From NCBI GenBank assembly GCA_963770565.1, contig CAVYQE010000011.1:800001-864000 (forward strand): a DNA stretch of 64,000 bases. Direction: 5' to 3'. How positions within the stretch are numbered: position 1 is the stretch's first letter; every line of letters begins with the position of its first letter. Shown here piece after piece: positions 49,606 to 59,989 of this stretch. The notes below the pieces were generated by a model. It was given only the letters and a program-made list of their open reading frames with translations. It was not told the origin of the DNA and made no database searches. The DNA is from an uncultured Actinomycetota bacterium (GTDB taxonomy: Bacteria > Actinomycetota > Actinomycetes > JAFAQI01). A program made the translations under genes and the position numbers.

Positions 49606-50985
49606 TCAGCCGTGACTGTGAAGTGGTTTGCCGGCCAGGGCGAGGTGGGCCTCGCCGACCGCTTCGGACAGGGTCGGGTGCGGGTGGATCAGCTGCGCGA
49701 CCTCGATCGGCAGCGCCTCCCAGTTCGTAATCAGCTGGCCTTCGGCGATCAGGTCCCCGACTCGCGACCCGACCATGTGGATGCCGAGGACCGGCCCGTT
49801 CTTGGCGGCGACGACCTTGACCGCGCCGCCGGTCTGCAGGATCTGGGCCCGGCCGTTGCCGGCCAGGTCGTACGTCGCCTCGACCACGTCGTAGCCGCGC
49901 TCGGCCGCCTGCGCGCTGGTGATGCCGACGCTCGCAACCTCGGGCTCGCAGTACGTCACCCGCGGCACCCCGTCGTAGTCGATCACCGGCGGGTTCAGGC
50001 CGGCGACCTGCTCGGCGACCATGATGCCCTCCCCGAAGCCGACGTGAGCGAGCTGCAGGCCCGGGCGCAGGTCGCCGATCGCGTAGATATTGGGCACGTT
50101 GGTCCGGCAGTGCGCGTCGACGGTGACGAAGCCGCGGTCCATCGCCACGCCGGCTTCGGCGTACCCGAGGCCGTCGGAGACCGGCCCGCGCCCGACCGCG
50201 ACCAACAGCACCTCGCCGTCGACGGTCTTGCCGTCCTCAAGGGTGACGGTGACGCCGGTGTCGGTGGTCTTGGCCGACGCGAACTTCACGCCGAGGTTGA
50301 AGGTGATCCCGCGCCGTCGGAACGCGCGCTCCAGCAGCTTCGAGCTCGACTCCTCCTCGGTCGGCACCAGGTGGGGGAGCGCCTCGACGATCGTGACGTC
50401 CGCGCCGAACGAGCGCCACACGCTGGCGAACTCGACCCCGATCACGCCACCGCCGAGCACGATCGCCGACGTCGGCACGTGGTCGAGGGTCAACGCGTGG
50501 TCGCTGGTGATGATCCGCTCGCCGTCGATCTCGAGCCCGGGCAGCGACCGCGAGTACGACCCGGTCGCGAGCACGACTGCCTTAGCTGCGGTGTACGTCG
50601 TACCGTCGACCTCCACCGTGTTGGCCGACGTCAAGCGTCCGCTGCCCTGCACGACCGTGATGCCGCGACCCTTGACCAGGCCGGACAGCCCCTTGTAGAG
50701 CCGGTCGACAACGCTGTCCTTGTAGTTGTTGACCCCGGCCATGTCGATGCCGTCGAGGCTCGAGCGGACCCCGACCTTCTCGCCCTCGCGCGCCGCGTCG
50801 GCGACCTCGGCGGCGTGCAGCAGCGCCTTGGTGGGGATGCAGCCGCGGTGCAGGCAGGTGCCGCCGACCTTGTCGCGCTCGATCATCACGACCGACAGGC
50901 CCAGCTCGGCCGCCCGCAGAGCGCACGCGTAGCCGCCGCTGCCGCCCCCGAGAATGACCAGGTCGGCGGTCTGCGGGTCAGCCAC
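49606..50985 (-). CDS. lpdA: Dihydrolipoyl dehydrogenase
   Basis: GGGSGG, GGTCLHRGCIPTK, HPHPTLSE. Confidence 0.96.
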   Translation of the reverse strand: MADPQTADLVILGGGSGGYACALRAAELGLSVVMIERDKVGGTCLHRGCIPTKALLHAAEVADAAREGEKVGVRSSLDGIDMAGVNNYKDSVVDRLYKGLSGLVKGRGITVVQGSGRLTSANTVEVDGTTYTAAKAVVLATGSYSRSLPGLEIDGERIITSDHALTLDHVPTSAIVLGGGVIGVEFASVWRSFGADVTIVEALPHLVPTEEESSSKLLERAFRRRGITFNLGVKFASAKTTDTGVTVTLEDGKTVDGEVLLVAVGRGPVSDGLGYAEAGVAMDRGFVTVDAHCRTNVPNIYAIGDLRPGLQLAHVGFGEGIMVAEQVAGLNPPVIDYDGVPRVTYCEPEVASVGITSAQAAERGYDVVEATYDLAGNGRAQILQTGGAVKVVAAKNGPVLGIHMVGSRVGDLIAEGQLITNWEALPIEVAQLIHPHPTLSEAVGEAHLALAGKPLHSHG

Positions 50986-51128
50986 GGCGCGTCTCCTTGG
51001 TTGGGCTAGGCCGGGAAGTGAGCGGTCTCGAGCCGGGTCAACGGCCGTCGAGCGTCCATTCTTTCACCCGTGCAACATCTGCTGCACCAGCGGTTAGTCC
51101 GGCTGCCGGGCAGGCGCCCGGCCGAGGG

Positions 51129-52646
51129 TCAGCCGGCCCGGCCCGCCAGCCACTCGACCAGGGACCGGATCGGCACTCCGGTGCCGCCCTTCGGGGTGTA
51201 GTCGTGGACCTCGCCCTGGTTCCAGGCCGGGCCGGCGACGTCGAGATGCGCCCACGGTGTGGAGTCCGGTACGAACTCGCGCAGGAACAGCCCGGCGACG
51301 AGCATGCCGCCGTTGCGGTCCCCGGTGTTGGTGAGGTCGGCCGAGTCGGAGTCGAGGGACTTGCGCAGGTCCTCCGGCAGCGGCATCGGCCAGGCCTGCT
51401 CGCCGGCCGCATCGGCCGCGCTGACCAGCTCGGTCCGGAGGTCGTCGTCGTTGGACATCACGCCGTAGACCCGTGAGCCCAACGCGACCAGTGCCGCGCC
51501 GGTCAGCGTCGCGATGTCGACGATCGTCGTGGCACCTTCCTCGCCGGCCCGCACGATCGCGTCGGCCATCACCAGCCGGCCCTCGGCGTCGGTGTTCATG
51601 ACCTCGACGGTCTTGCCGCCGCGCATGGTGAGGATGTCGGAGGGCCGGATCGCCTTGCCGCTCGGCATGTTCTCCGCGGTCGCGACCCAGCCGACCACGT
51701 TGACCGGAAGCTTGAGCAGCGCGATCGCCTGCATCGTCCCGATCACCGCGGCCGCGCCGCCCATGTCGGCCTTCATCCACTCCATCGCGGTCGGCGGCTT
51801 GAGCGACAGCCCGCCGGTGTCGAATGTGATGCCCTTTCCGACCAGGTGGATCGCCTTGCCGGTGCCCGCGCCCGACCACTCGATCCGGACCAGCCGCGGC
51901 GGGTTGGCCGCGCCCTGGCCGACGCCGACAATGCCGCCGTGCCCGCCCTCGGCCAGCACGACCTCGTCGTACACCTCGACCGCGCAGCCGGCCGGCTCGC
52001 AGGCCTCGACCGCGGCCGCCGCGAGGTCGGCCGGGTGCAGGTCGGCGGCAGGCGTGTTGACCAGGTCGCGGCAGAGGGCAACCGCGTCGCCGATGATCGT
52101 GGCCCGGTCGAGCGCGGCGCGGGCGTCCTTGTCGCGCGGATCCGGTACGACGATCGCCGCGCTGGTCACCTCACGCTTGTGGTCGCGGCGCGAGGCCCGG
52201 CTGCGGTATTTCGTGAACGCGTAACCGCCGAAGGCCGCGCCCTCGGCGACCGGCCGGATGCCGTCGCCGTTCGCCGAGCCGTTGACGGCCGCGAGGCCGG
52301 TCGCGATCCGCCGGGTGCCGGCCAGGGTGCGCACCGCGGTGCCGACCGCGCGGCGAACGGCTTCGTCCGAGTAGGCCCCGTCCCGCTTCGGCGCGTCGCC
52401 GAGCCCGACCGCGACGACCAGCGGTGCCTTGGTGGCGCCGAGGGTGGGGATCTTGGTGATCTCGCCGGCCCGGCCGGTGGCGCCGAGCTGGCTCAACGCC
52501 GTACCGAGCCGCTTCTTCATCGCCTTGTCGACGCTCTCCGCACCGGGGGCGACGACGAGGGAGCCGTTCTTGTTCGCGACCCCGATGACGAGGGCGTCCA
52601 CGTTGAGCTCGGCGAGCGGGGTGTTCGACAGCGTGATTCGGGTCAT
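51129..52646 (-). CDS. pepA: Leucyl aminopeptidase (M17)
   Basis: VGKGITFDTGG, MK.DMGGAA, NTDAEGRL, ATLTGA. Confidence 0.96.
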   Translation of the reverse strand: MTRITLSNTPLAELNVDALVIGVANKNGSLVVAPGAESVDKAMKKRLGTALSQLGATGRAGEITKIPTLGATKAPLVVAVGLGDAPKRDGAYSDEAVRRAVGTAVRTLAGTRRIATGLAAVNGSANGDGIRPVAEGAAFGGYAFTKYRSRASRRDHKREVTSAAIVVPDPRDKDARAALDRATIIGDAVALCRDLVNTPAADLHPADLAAAAVEACEPAGCAVEVYDEVVLAEGGHGGIVGVGQGAANPPRLVRIEWSGAGTGKAIHLVGKGITFDTGGLSLKPPTAMEWMKADMGGAAAVIGTMQAIALLKLPVNVVGWVATAENMPSGKAIRPSDILTMRGGKTVEVMNTDAEGRLVMADAIVRAGEEGATTIVDIATLTGAALVALGSRVYGVMSNDDDLRTELVSAADAAGEQAWPMPLPEDLRKSLDSDSADLTNTGDRNGGMLVAGLFLREFVPDSTPWAHLDVAGPAWNQGEVHDYTPKGGTGVPIRSLVEWLAGRAG

Positions 52647-52687
52647 GGTGGCGAATGCTAACCCCGCAACCGGTAACGTCGCGGTTC

Positions 52688-53800
52688 GTGAGCGATGTGG
52701 CGACGCCGAAGAATTTCCCGATTGCCGGCCCGTTGGCGGACCGACATGCCCGGTTGGGCGCCAAGATGGCGGAGTTCGGCGGCTGGTCGATGCCGCTGTC
52801 CTACGCGGGAGTCGTCGAGGAGCATCTGGCCACCCGATCGGCGGTCGGAATCTTCGACGTGTCGCATCTCGGCAAGGCGATCGTGACCGGCGCCGGCGCG
52901 ACCGAGTTCGTCAACTCGTGCTTCACCAACGATCTGGGATCGATCTCGGCCGGCCGCGCGCAGTACACCTTGTGCTGCGACGAGGAGACCGGCGGCGTCA
53001 TCGACGACCTGATCGTCTACCGCGGCGATGACGACGTGTTCGTCGTACCGAACGCGGGCAACAACGAGCGGGTCGTGTCGATGCTGCAGGCGGCCGCGCC
53101 GGAGGGCGTGGAGGTGGTCGACCGGCATCGCGCGATTGCCACGATCGCCGTGCAGGGCCCGCGCTCCGCCGACGTGCTCGCCGCGCTCGAGCTGCCGAGC
53201 GCGATGGACTACATGGCGTTCGAGCGGGTCGAGTGGCGGGGCGAGCCCGTCACCGTCTGCCGGACCGGCTACACCGGCGAGCACGGGTACGAGCTGCTGC
53301 CGCCGGCCGAGTCGGCCGGGGCGCTGTGGGACGCGCTGCTGGAGACCGCCGGCCCGATGGGCGGCCAGCCTTGCGGGCTCGGTGCCCGCGACACGTTGCG
53401 CACCGAGATGGGCTATCCGCTGCACGGCTCCGACCTCACGATTGCGGTGACGCCGCTGCAGGCCAGGCTCGGGTGGGCGGTCGGCTGGTCGAAGCCGGCG
53501 TTCTGGGGGCGCGAGGTGCTGGTGCGCGAGCGCGAGGTCGGCGCGCCGCGACTGCTGTGGGGGCTGAAGAGCGAGGACCGCGGGATCCCGCGCCCGCACA
53601 TGTCGGTGCGGTCCCTCGACGACGTCGACCTTGGCGAGGTGACGAGCGGCACCTTTTCGCCGAGCCTGCGGGTCGGGATCGGGCTGGCGCTGCTCTCACG
53701 ATCGGTCAACGAGGACGACGAGGTGCGGGTCGACATCCGGGGGAAGCCCTCGACGATGCGGGTCGTGAAGCCGCCGTTCGTCGCGTCCTCGGTTCGCTGA
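52688..53800 (+). CDS. gcvT: Glycine cleavage aminomethyltransferase
   Basis: FGGW.MP..Y, FDVSHLG, RTGYTGE.GYE, GLGARDTLR.EMG. Confidence 0.96.
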   Translation: MSDVATPKNFPIAGPLADRHARLGAKMAEFGGWSMPLSYAGVVEEHLATRSAVGIFDVSHLGKAIVTGAGATEFVNSCFTNDLGSISAGRAQYTLCCDEETGGVIDDLIVYRGDDDVFVVPNAGNNERVVSMLQAAAPEGVEVVDRHRAIATIAVQGPRSADVLAALELPSAMDYMAFERVEWRGEPVTVCRTGYTGEHGYELLPPAESAGALWDALLETAGPMGGQPCGLGARDTLRTEMGYPLHGSDLTIAVTPLQARLGWAVGWSKPAFWGREVLVREREVGAPRLLWGLKSEDRGIPRPHMSVRSLDDVDLGEVTSGTFSPSLRVGIGLALLSRSVNEDDEVRVDIRGKPSTMRVVKPPFVASSVR

Positions 53801-54318
53801 TGGCGCCGTCTCGGAACGACAGGGTGCTGCTAATCGGGATGATGGGCGCCGGCAAGACGACGATCGGGCATGCGCTGTCGAACCTGCTCGGCTGGCCCTA
53901 CTTCGACAACGACGAGTTGCTGGCGCGGGCGGTCGGCAAGGACACCAAGCAGGTGCAGGAGCAGGACGGCGTACTCGCGTTGCGGCGGGCCGAGTCCGCT
54001 GCGCTGGACGTCGCGCTGACTGAGGGGACGCCGCTGATCGCCGGCGTGGCGGGCGGGGTCGTGACCAACCTGCTCGACTTGCAGCGGCTCACGCGGAGCG
54101 GCTTCGTGGTGTGGCTCCGCGCCGATCTCGCGACCCTGGCGAAGCGGGTCACGGGCACCGACCGACCCTGGCTGGGCGCGACGCCGGCCTTGGCGATGGC
54201 GCACCTGTACGCCGGGCGGGAAGCGCTCTACACCTCGGCGTCGACCTTCATCGTCGACGAGGGCGACACCACGCCCGAGCTGATCGCCCTCGAGATCGCC
54301 AAAGAACTCCGCCGCTAA
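53800..54318 (+). CDS. Shikimate kinase-like P-loop kinase
   Basis: LIGMMGAGKTTIG, D.D, R..E, VVWL.A, RP, R...Y. Confidence 0.75.
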   Translation: MAPSRNDRVLLIGMMGAGKTTIGHALSNLLGWPYFDNDELLARAVGKDTKQVQEQDGVLALRRAESAALDVALTEGTPLIAGVAGGVVTNLLDLQRLTRSGFVVWLRADLATLAKRVTGTDRPWLGATPALAMAHLYAGREALYTSASTFIVDEGDTTPELIALEIAKELRR

Positions 54319-54319
54319 G

Positions 54320-54407
54320 GACCGTTCCAAGCAATGTCACATTGCCCCGCACTTTGTGGGGGTGATGTCACGTCACCCCCACAAAGTCCTAGGCAATGTG
54401 ACATTGC
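54320..54407. repeat. Dispersed palindromic repeat, copy 1
   Basis: GACCGTTCCAAGCAATGTCACATTGCCCCGCACTT identical to 63857-63891; internal palindromes. Confidence 0.8.
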
Positions 54408-55219
54408 TAGGGGAGGGGGGTGACGTCGACGGGGGCGTCGAAGGCGGCGCGGCGGGCGACCCGGCGAAGCGCGGCGAGCACCGGTCCGCCGAGGACGAGC
54501 ACGAGTACGGCGTTGCCAACTGCGCGCGGGATGTCGAAGCCCAGCGACGTCGTCAGATCGAACCGCACCCAGCGGATCAGGTTGTCGCCGATCGACGCTC
54601 CCGGCACGAACGCGATCTGAGCCGGCAGGTAGCGCGCGAACGGCCAGAACGACAGGTTGAGGATCAACCCGTAGAGCAGCCCGGACAGCGCGCCGTACGC
54701 CGCGAGCAGCGCGAGCTCCCGGCGGCCAGTTGCGTGCGGCAGGCAGCCGGCGCCGAACCCGGTCCACGCGCAGCCGAGCATCTCGAACGGCAGCCACGGC
54801 CCGACCTGGCCGGTGAGCAACGCCGACGCGAGCAGAGTGATCGCGCCGAGCACGAACCCGAAGTTGCGCCCGAACACCCGCCCGGCCGGGATCAACAGGA
54901 AGAACACGAAGCTGAAGCCGGTTGCGCCGCCTGACAGCGGGCGCAGCGCCGCCCCGCAGCCGGCCAGAACACCAAGCACCGCAACGGTTTTGGCGTCGAT
55001 GCCGTTCTCGCTGACCTCGGCGAGCACGACCGCGAGCAGCAGCGCGAGCAGCGCGATGAACAGCCACGGCGCATCGCCGGCGTGCGCGGTGGTCGTGCTG
55101 GTGCCGGCGAGTCGTGAGTCGAGCAACGGCCAGCCGAAGCCGATCACCCCGACCACCGACGCGGCGAAGAGCGCGAACGCCGACCGCGGCCGGACCCGCA
55201 CCGCCGACAACGCGCTCAC
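54407..55219 (-). CDS. ECF transporter S component (CbrT-like)
   Basis: VAVLGVL, GRVFG..FGF.LG, GPWLPF.M, TSL.FD..RA.GN. Confidence 0.85.
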   Translation of the reverse strand: MSALSAVRVRPRSAFALFAASVVGVIGFGWPLLDSRLAGTSTTTAHAGDAPWLFIALLALLLAVVLAEVSENGIDAKTVAVLGVLAGCGAALRPLSGGATGFSFVFFLLIPAGRVFGRNFGFVLGAITLLASALLTGQVGPWLPFEMLGCAWTGFGAGCLPHATGRRELALLAAYGALSGLLYGLILNLSFWPFARYLPAQIAFVPGASIGDNLIRWVRFDLTTSLGFDIPRAVGNAVLVLVLGGPVLAALRRVARRAAFDAPVDVTPLP

Positions 55220-56784
55220 CGGGCACCGGCCAGGGCGCGCTCGACGTCGGCGAGGGTGAGTAGCGGCAGGGGAGCGAGCACCTTGGACACCTGCGGGGCG
55301 AACACCGGCGACGACACCGCGACCTCGCGGGCCGGTCCGTCACCGACGATCTCGCCGTCGGCGAGCACCACCATTCGGTCGGCAACCTCGGCGACCAGCT
55401 CGACGTCGTGGGTCGCGATCAGCACGCCGTGACCCTCCGCCGCCAGCCGTTGGACGATCGCTACCAGGCGGTGCTTGGTGGCGTAGTCGAGACCGCGGGT
55501 CGGCTCGTCGAGCGCCAGCAGCGCGGGCTTGGAGGCGAGCACGACGGCCAGCACGAGCGCGAGCCGCTGGCCCTCGGACAGGTCGCGCGGATGGTGCTCG
55601 TCGCTCACGTCGGGGGCCAGCTCGGTGAGCAGTGCGCGGGTCGTTCCCGGCGGCGCCGCGGCGTCGCGGTCGGCGTCGACGCATTCAGCCGCAACGGTTT
55701 GCGCCCAAAGCAGGTCGCCGGGCTCCTGCGGCACGAGTCCGACCCGGTCCGGGGTCACCACGGTGCCGGCGGTGGGCTTGCGGAGCCCGGCCAGGGTGGC
55801 CAGCAGGGTCGACTTGCCGGCGCCGTTGCGCCCCATCACCGCGACGATCTCGCCGCGTCGCACGTCCAGGTCGACCGCGCGAAGGGCGGGCACCCCGTCG
55901 TACGACGTCACCAGACCGCGGACCTGCGCGACCGGCTCGCCGGGCGCCAAAATCCGCCCTGGAACCGGCGCGACCGAGGCGAGCGAATCGCGGACCGGCG
56001 CCGCGAGCCGGCGCGCGTCCCGGACCGACAGTGGCAGCGGCGACCAGCCGAAACGGCGGCCGAGCTCGACGATCGGCGGCGCGACCGGGCTGTCGCGAAG
56101 CACCTCGGCGGGCGGGCCGACCGTCGCGCCGACCGCGCCGAGCAACACCACTTGGTCGGCGTGCTGCACAACCCGCTCGAGCCGATGCTCGGAGATCATC
56201 ACGGTCATCCCGAGGTCGTGCACCAGGCGGGTGAGCGCGGCCAGGACGTCGTCGGCAGCCCGCGGGTCGAGCGCGGAGGTCGGTTCGTCGAGGACGAGCA
56301 TCTTCGGATGCACGGTCAGCACCGAGCCGATCGCGACCCGCTGTTGCTCGCCGGCCGACAGCGAGAGCAGCTGGCGGTCGCGCAGGTCGAACAGGCCGAG
56401 CAGGTCGAGCGTCTCCTCGACCCGCCGCCGCATCACCGAGGGCTCGACGCCGAGTGACTCCATGCCGTAGGCGAGCTCGTCCTCGACCACGTCGGTCACG
56501 AACCCGGCGGCCGGATGCTGGCCGACGTACCCGACCACATCCGCGAGCTCGCGCGGCGGCGACGTACGGGTGTCGCGCCCGTCGACGAGAACGCGACCCG
56601 ACAGCCGCCCCCCGGTGAAGTGCGGGACCAGCCCGTTGACGCATTTGAGCAGGGTCGACTTCCCGGCGCCGGTCGGGCCGATCACCAGGACCAGCTCGCC
56701 CTCGCTGAGGTCGAACGAGACGCCGCAGATCGCCGGCCGGTCCGCATCGGGATAGGTGACGGTCACGTCATCGAACCGGATCAT
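55216..56784 (-). CDS. ECF transporter duplicated ATPase
   Basis: Two Walker A motifs (GPTGAGKST, GRNGAGKST), LSAGEQQR, LSEGQR. Confidence 0.9.
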   Translation of the reverse strand: MIRFDDVTVTYPDADRPAICGVSFDLSEGELVLVIGPTGAGKSTLLKCVNGLVPHFTGGRLSGRVLVDGRDTRTSPPRELADVVGYVGQHPAAGFVTDVVEDELAYGMESLGVEPSVMRRRVEETLDLLGLFDLRDRQLLSLSAGEQQRVAIGSVLTVHPKMLVLDEPTSALDPRAADDVLAALTRLVHDLGMTVMISEHRLERVVQHADQVVLLGAVGATVGPPAEVLRDSPVAPPIVELGRRFGWSPLPLSVRDARRLAAPVRDSLASVAPVPGRILAPGEPVAQVRGLVTSYDGVPALRAVDLDVRRGEIVAVMGRNGAGKSTLLATLAGLRKPTAGTVVTPDRVGLVPQEPGDLLWAQTVAAECVDADRDAAAPPGTTRALLTELAPDVSDEHHPRDLSEGQRLALVLAVVLASKPALLALDEPTRGLDYATKHRLVAIVQRLAAEGHGVLIATHDVELVAEVADRMVVLADGEIVGDGPAREVAVSSPVFAPQVSKVLAPLPLLTLADVERALAGAR

Positions 56785-57911
56785 CCGACCGCCACCGGCT
56801 CCCGAACAAGCGCCGAGACCTCGCGGACCACGACGGCGGCTCGCGGCTTCGGCAACGGCGGCGCCATCCACGCCGGCAGCAGCGCGAGCGCGAGCCCGAT
56901 GACCGGCACGAGCGGCAGGGCCGGCACGACCAGCGGCGACGTCGACGGCGACAAGGCAGCAGCCGAGCCCGAGCAGACCAGCACGGCGGCCGCGAGCCCG
57001 CTGGCCGCGACCGCCCACTCGGGCAGCCGCCACGGGTCGGGCCGGTAACGGGTGCGACCGCCGCGCCGGGCCCCGACCGCGAACCCGGCGGCGGTCACGG
57101 CCGCGCCGGCGACGAGCAGCGGTACGCCGATCTGCCCCGGTGCGCCCCGGTCGATCAGGCCGTAGGTGCTCGCGACCATGGCGAACAGCCCCAGCAACGT
57201 GAGCCCGGCGGTCGTTCGCCTGACCAGCGCAGATGTCGTCCCGCGTCGGCCGAAGCCGCGCGCGTCCATCGCCGCGGCCAGGTCGACCGATCGTTCGAGC
57301 GCGCCTTCGAGCACCGGGATCGCCAGCCCGCGGATCCGGCGCAGCCCGCGGTCGGACCGGCCGCGAAGTCGCCGTGCCGCGCGGAGCCGCCCGACCGCGG
57401 CGACCGCCTGCGGCGCGACCGCGAGGGCGACCGTGACAGCGACCCCGGCCTCATACAGCGCACCGGGCAGCGACTTGAGCAGCCGGCGCGGGCTGGTGAG
57501 TGCATTGGCCGCGCCGATGCAGCAGAAGATCACGCCGAGCCGCATCCCGTCGTACGCCGAGGCGAGCACTCCCTCCAACGTGACCGGTCCGCCGAGTCGC
57601 ACGCCGGCCATCCAAGACGGCAGTGGCAGCACCGGCAACCGGATCAGCACGTGCGCGCCCGGCTCGCCGCCGAGCAACGCGAACAACGCGACCCGGATCG
57701 CGATCGCGAGCAACCCGACCTTGAGGAACATCGAGTACGACGCACTCCACGGGGTGGCCGGGTGGCGGGCCGCCACGACGTAGCCGGTGATCGCGACGAT
57801 CGCGGCCAGAAGCAAGGGGTTCGTAGTGCGGCTCGCGGCGATCGCGAGCGCGCTGGCCCACAGCCACCAGGCGCCGGGATGCAGCATCCGCGGCAACCGC
57901 TTGGCGCTCAT
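56781..57911 (-). CDS. ECF transporter T component
   Basis: LHPGAWW.W, LERS..LAAAMDARGFG. Confidence 0.88.
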   Translation of the reverse strand: MSAKRLPRMLHPGAWWLWASALAIAASRTTNPLLLAAIVAITGYVVAARHPATPWSASYSMFLKVGLLAIAIRVALFALLGGEPGAHVLIRLPVLPLPSWMAGVRLGGPVTLEGVLASAYDGMRLGVIFCCIGAANALTSPRRLLKSLPGALYEAGVAVTVALAVAPQAVAAVGRLRAARRLRGRSDRGLRRIRGLAIPVLEGALERSVDLAAAMDARGFGRRGTTSALVRRTTAGLTLLGLFAMVASTYGLIDRGAPGQIGVPLLVAGAAVTAAGFAVGARRGGRTRYRPDPWRLPEWAVAASGLAAAVLVCSGSAAALSPSTSPLVVPALPLVPVIGLALALLPAWMAPPLPKPRAAVVVREVSALVREPVAVG

Positions 57912-58711
57912 TCGGACCCCCGGGCCGATCGCCGGAAGCGCAGCGCGGCGAGGCCGCCAAGACCGAGCACCAGGATGAGCCCGATCACCAGCCCGAGCCA
58001 GGCCCGATGGTGCGGTGCCGGGCCCACTGCGCCGGCCAGCTGTTCAGCCGACGAGGATGCCGACGGCGATGGCACGACCGCAGTGGCCGGTCGGGCGGTT
58101 GTGGACGGATCCGACCGCGGCGTTGAGTGATGGTGCGCGCCCGCGGGCTTGGTGGCATGCGGCGTCGCTGCGACCGACACCCCGGCGCTCGGGCTTCCCC
58201 GTGCCGGTGTCGTCGTTGGGTGCGCGCTCGGGCTGGCTTTGTTCGCCTTGCAGATCGTGGCGTACGGCACGTTCTTCGGGGTGAGCGTGGACCCGTCGTC
58301 GAACACCCACCCCTCGGCGGAGTCGTTGACCGGCTGGTACGTCGACGGCCCCTCGCTGCTGTAGACCCAGCTCGTGCTGCCCGGTGCGCGATGGAAGTAG
58401 GCCCAGTAGTGGCTGTCGTCGATGTCGGCGCAGCCGGTCTTGGGCAGTCCGTCGATCGTGCACAGCAACCCGTCGCCGCGGAAACCGACTCGGTGACCGG
58501 CCGCTTCGAGGACGTCGATCCCGGTCGCGCCGCGCGGCACCGTCGCGCAGGCGGTGCTGACATCGCTGCCGAGCGCGCGCCCGTCGACCACCAGTGCGAC
58601 GCAGATCGTCGGCTTGGCCTTGCCGGCCGCCGCCGTCGCGGCCGCGCTCGGCGTCACGGTCGCCAGTGCGACGACCGCGATGCCGAGCGCGAGACCGCGA
58701 CGGGAGTTCAT
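57908..58711 (-). CDS. Membrane-anchored secreted protein, transcobalamin C-domain (DUF4430)-like
   Basis: Signal peptide; L..AG...LLCTIDG.P...YWAY.H...W.YS..G...EGW.F; C-terminal TM plus RRS. Confidence 0.65.
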   Translation of the reverse strand: MNSRRGLALGIAVVALATVTPSAAATAAAGKAKPTICVALVVDGRALGSDVSTACATVPRGATGIDVLEAAGHRVGFRGDGLLCTIDGLPKTGCADIDDSHYWAYFHRAPGSTSWVYSSEGPSTYQPVNDSAEGWVFDDGSTLTPKNVPYATICKANKASPSAHPTTTPARGSPSAGVSVAATPHATKPAGAHHHSTPRSDPSTTARPATAVVPSPSASSSAEQLAGAVGPAPHHRAWLGLVIGLILVLGLGGLAALRFRRSARGSE

Positions 58712-58721
58712 CAGTGCCCGG

Positions 58722-59867
58722 TCACTTCCGGGCCGCCGGACACGCCAGCAGCGGGGCCCCGGCCCGGGCGCCGGCCTTGTCGATGGCGGCCAGCGGCTTG
58801 CCGGCCAGCGCTGCGCCGGCCTGGCTGGTGGCCAGCAGGGCCGAGGCGTCGTACCTGCCCTGGAACTTCACCGCTCCGCGCCGGTTGGCCGGCGCGGAGC
58901 AGCCGACCTGGTGCGCAGTCAGCCACGCCTCGGGCTTGCCGGCCTTCCTGCCGCCGGCCAGGAGCGCCTGGATCGCGAGTGCGGTGGAGTTCGTGTTGGC
59001 CGGGGTGTCGAAGCCGCCGTTCGGGTGCTCGACGCTGCGGAGCCAGGTCAGGTCGGCGATGGCCGACGAGCCGGCCGCGATGAGGGCCTGCACGGCGTAC
59101 CCGGTCGAGTCGACGTCCTTTCCCACCGCGCAGGCCGCGGTCGGCGACGACAGCAGCTCGGTCGGATACCCACCGCCGGTGCACTGCTGGTCGCCGAGGA
59201 AGCTCACCGCGGCCGGGTCGGGCTGGTCGGCGGGATGCGGGCTGTTGGCGAGCCCGAGCACCGCGAGGGCCTGGCTGACGGTCGAGAAGTAGTCGTATTT
59301 CGCCGGGGTGCCCTTCGAGTTCTGCTGGTATTCGCCGACCGCTGCGCCGCGCACGCCTTCGGTGCTGTCCAGCGCGCTCACCAGGTTGAGCCCGCCGAAC
59401 GAGTGCACGTCGACGTGCTGCGCCTCCGCGACCAGCAACAGCTTGCCGATCGGTCCGGGTGCGTAGGTCGCCACCGAGCGGCCGGCGTAGGCCTTGACGT
59501 GCTTCTCCATGTAGCGGGTCGCTCGAGCCGCTGCGCGCTGCGCGACCTTGGCCGCATCCATCGACAGGATCGCGTCAGCGGTCTCGCCGTAATTGACATA
59601 GACGATCGTCTTCTTCCCCGACACGTACGAGCCGTCGTAGTGGTCGTGGTGCCGCCCGGTCAGCTGCCTGGCCAGGTAACCGGCCGCTGAGGCGGCCGGG
59701 CGGGACGTCGTCGTACGAGTGGCCGGGTGCTTCGCTCTGCTTGCTGCTGCTGTCGCTCTGCTTGCTGCTGCTGTCGCTCTGCTTGCTGCTGCTGTCGCAG
59801 TGCCCAGCGCGGCGACCGCGACCGCGCTCAGGGCCGCGACAGCGGCGATTCGACGGATGTGGGTCAC
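58722..59867 (-). CDS. Secreted prenyltransferase/squalene-oxidase-repeat (alpha/alpha barrel) protein
   Basis: FL..QQC..GGY, D.DSTG.A.QAL, WL...E.P.GGF...NTNST.LA.QAL. Confidence 0.75.
   Translation of the reverse strand: MTHIRRIAAVAALSAVAVAALGTATAAASRATAAASRATAAASRAKHPATRTTTSRPAASAAGYLARQLTGRHHDHYDGSYVSGKKTIVYVNYGETADAILSMDAAKVAQRAAARATRYMEKHVKAYAGRSVATYAPGPIGKLLLVAEAQHVDVHSFGGLNLVSALDSTEGVRGAAVGEYQQNSKGTPAKYDYFSTVSQALAVLGLANSPHPADQPDPAAVSFLGDQQCTGGGYPTELLSSPTAACAVGKDVDSTGYAVQALIAAGSSAIADLTWLRSVEHPNGGFDTPANTNSTALAIQALLAGGRKAGKPEAWLTAHQVGCSAPANRRGAVKFQGRYDASALLATSQAGAALAGKPLAAIDKAGARAGAPLLACPAARK
59733..59797. repeat. 21-bp coding tandem repeat (ATAAASR x3)
   Basis: GCTCTGCTTGCTGCTGCTGTC x3. 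Confidence 0.8.
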
Positions 59868-59989
59868 ACGTCCTCCTGGAGATGTGAGGAACGCGAAACG
59901 GCTCCGAGCCACCTCCGGCACGCGAATGCCCCCTGCCGCAGCGGTCATCGGACCGCGACGAGCGAGGGGGCGGTGACGGGCTGTGTGCC

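Noticed and set aside
44761-56644. Long antisense or alternate-frame ORFs (e.g. 44761..47016, 48074..49615, 49069..51009, 55408..56457)
   Set aside because: Shadow ORFs of high-GC coding genes; no recognisable motifs
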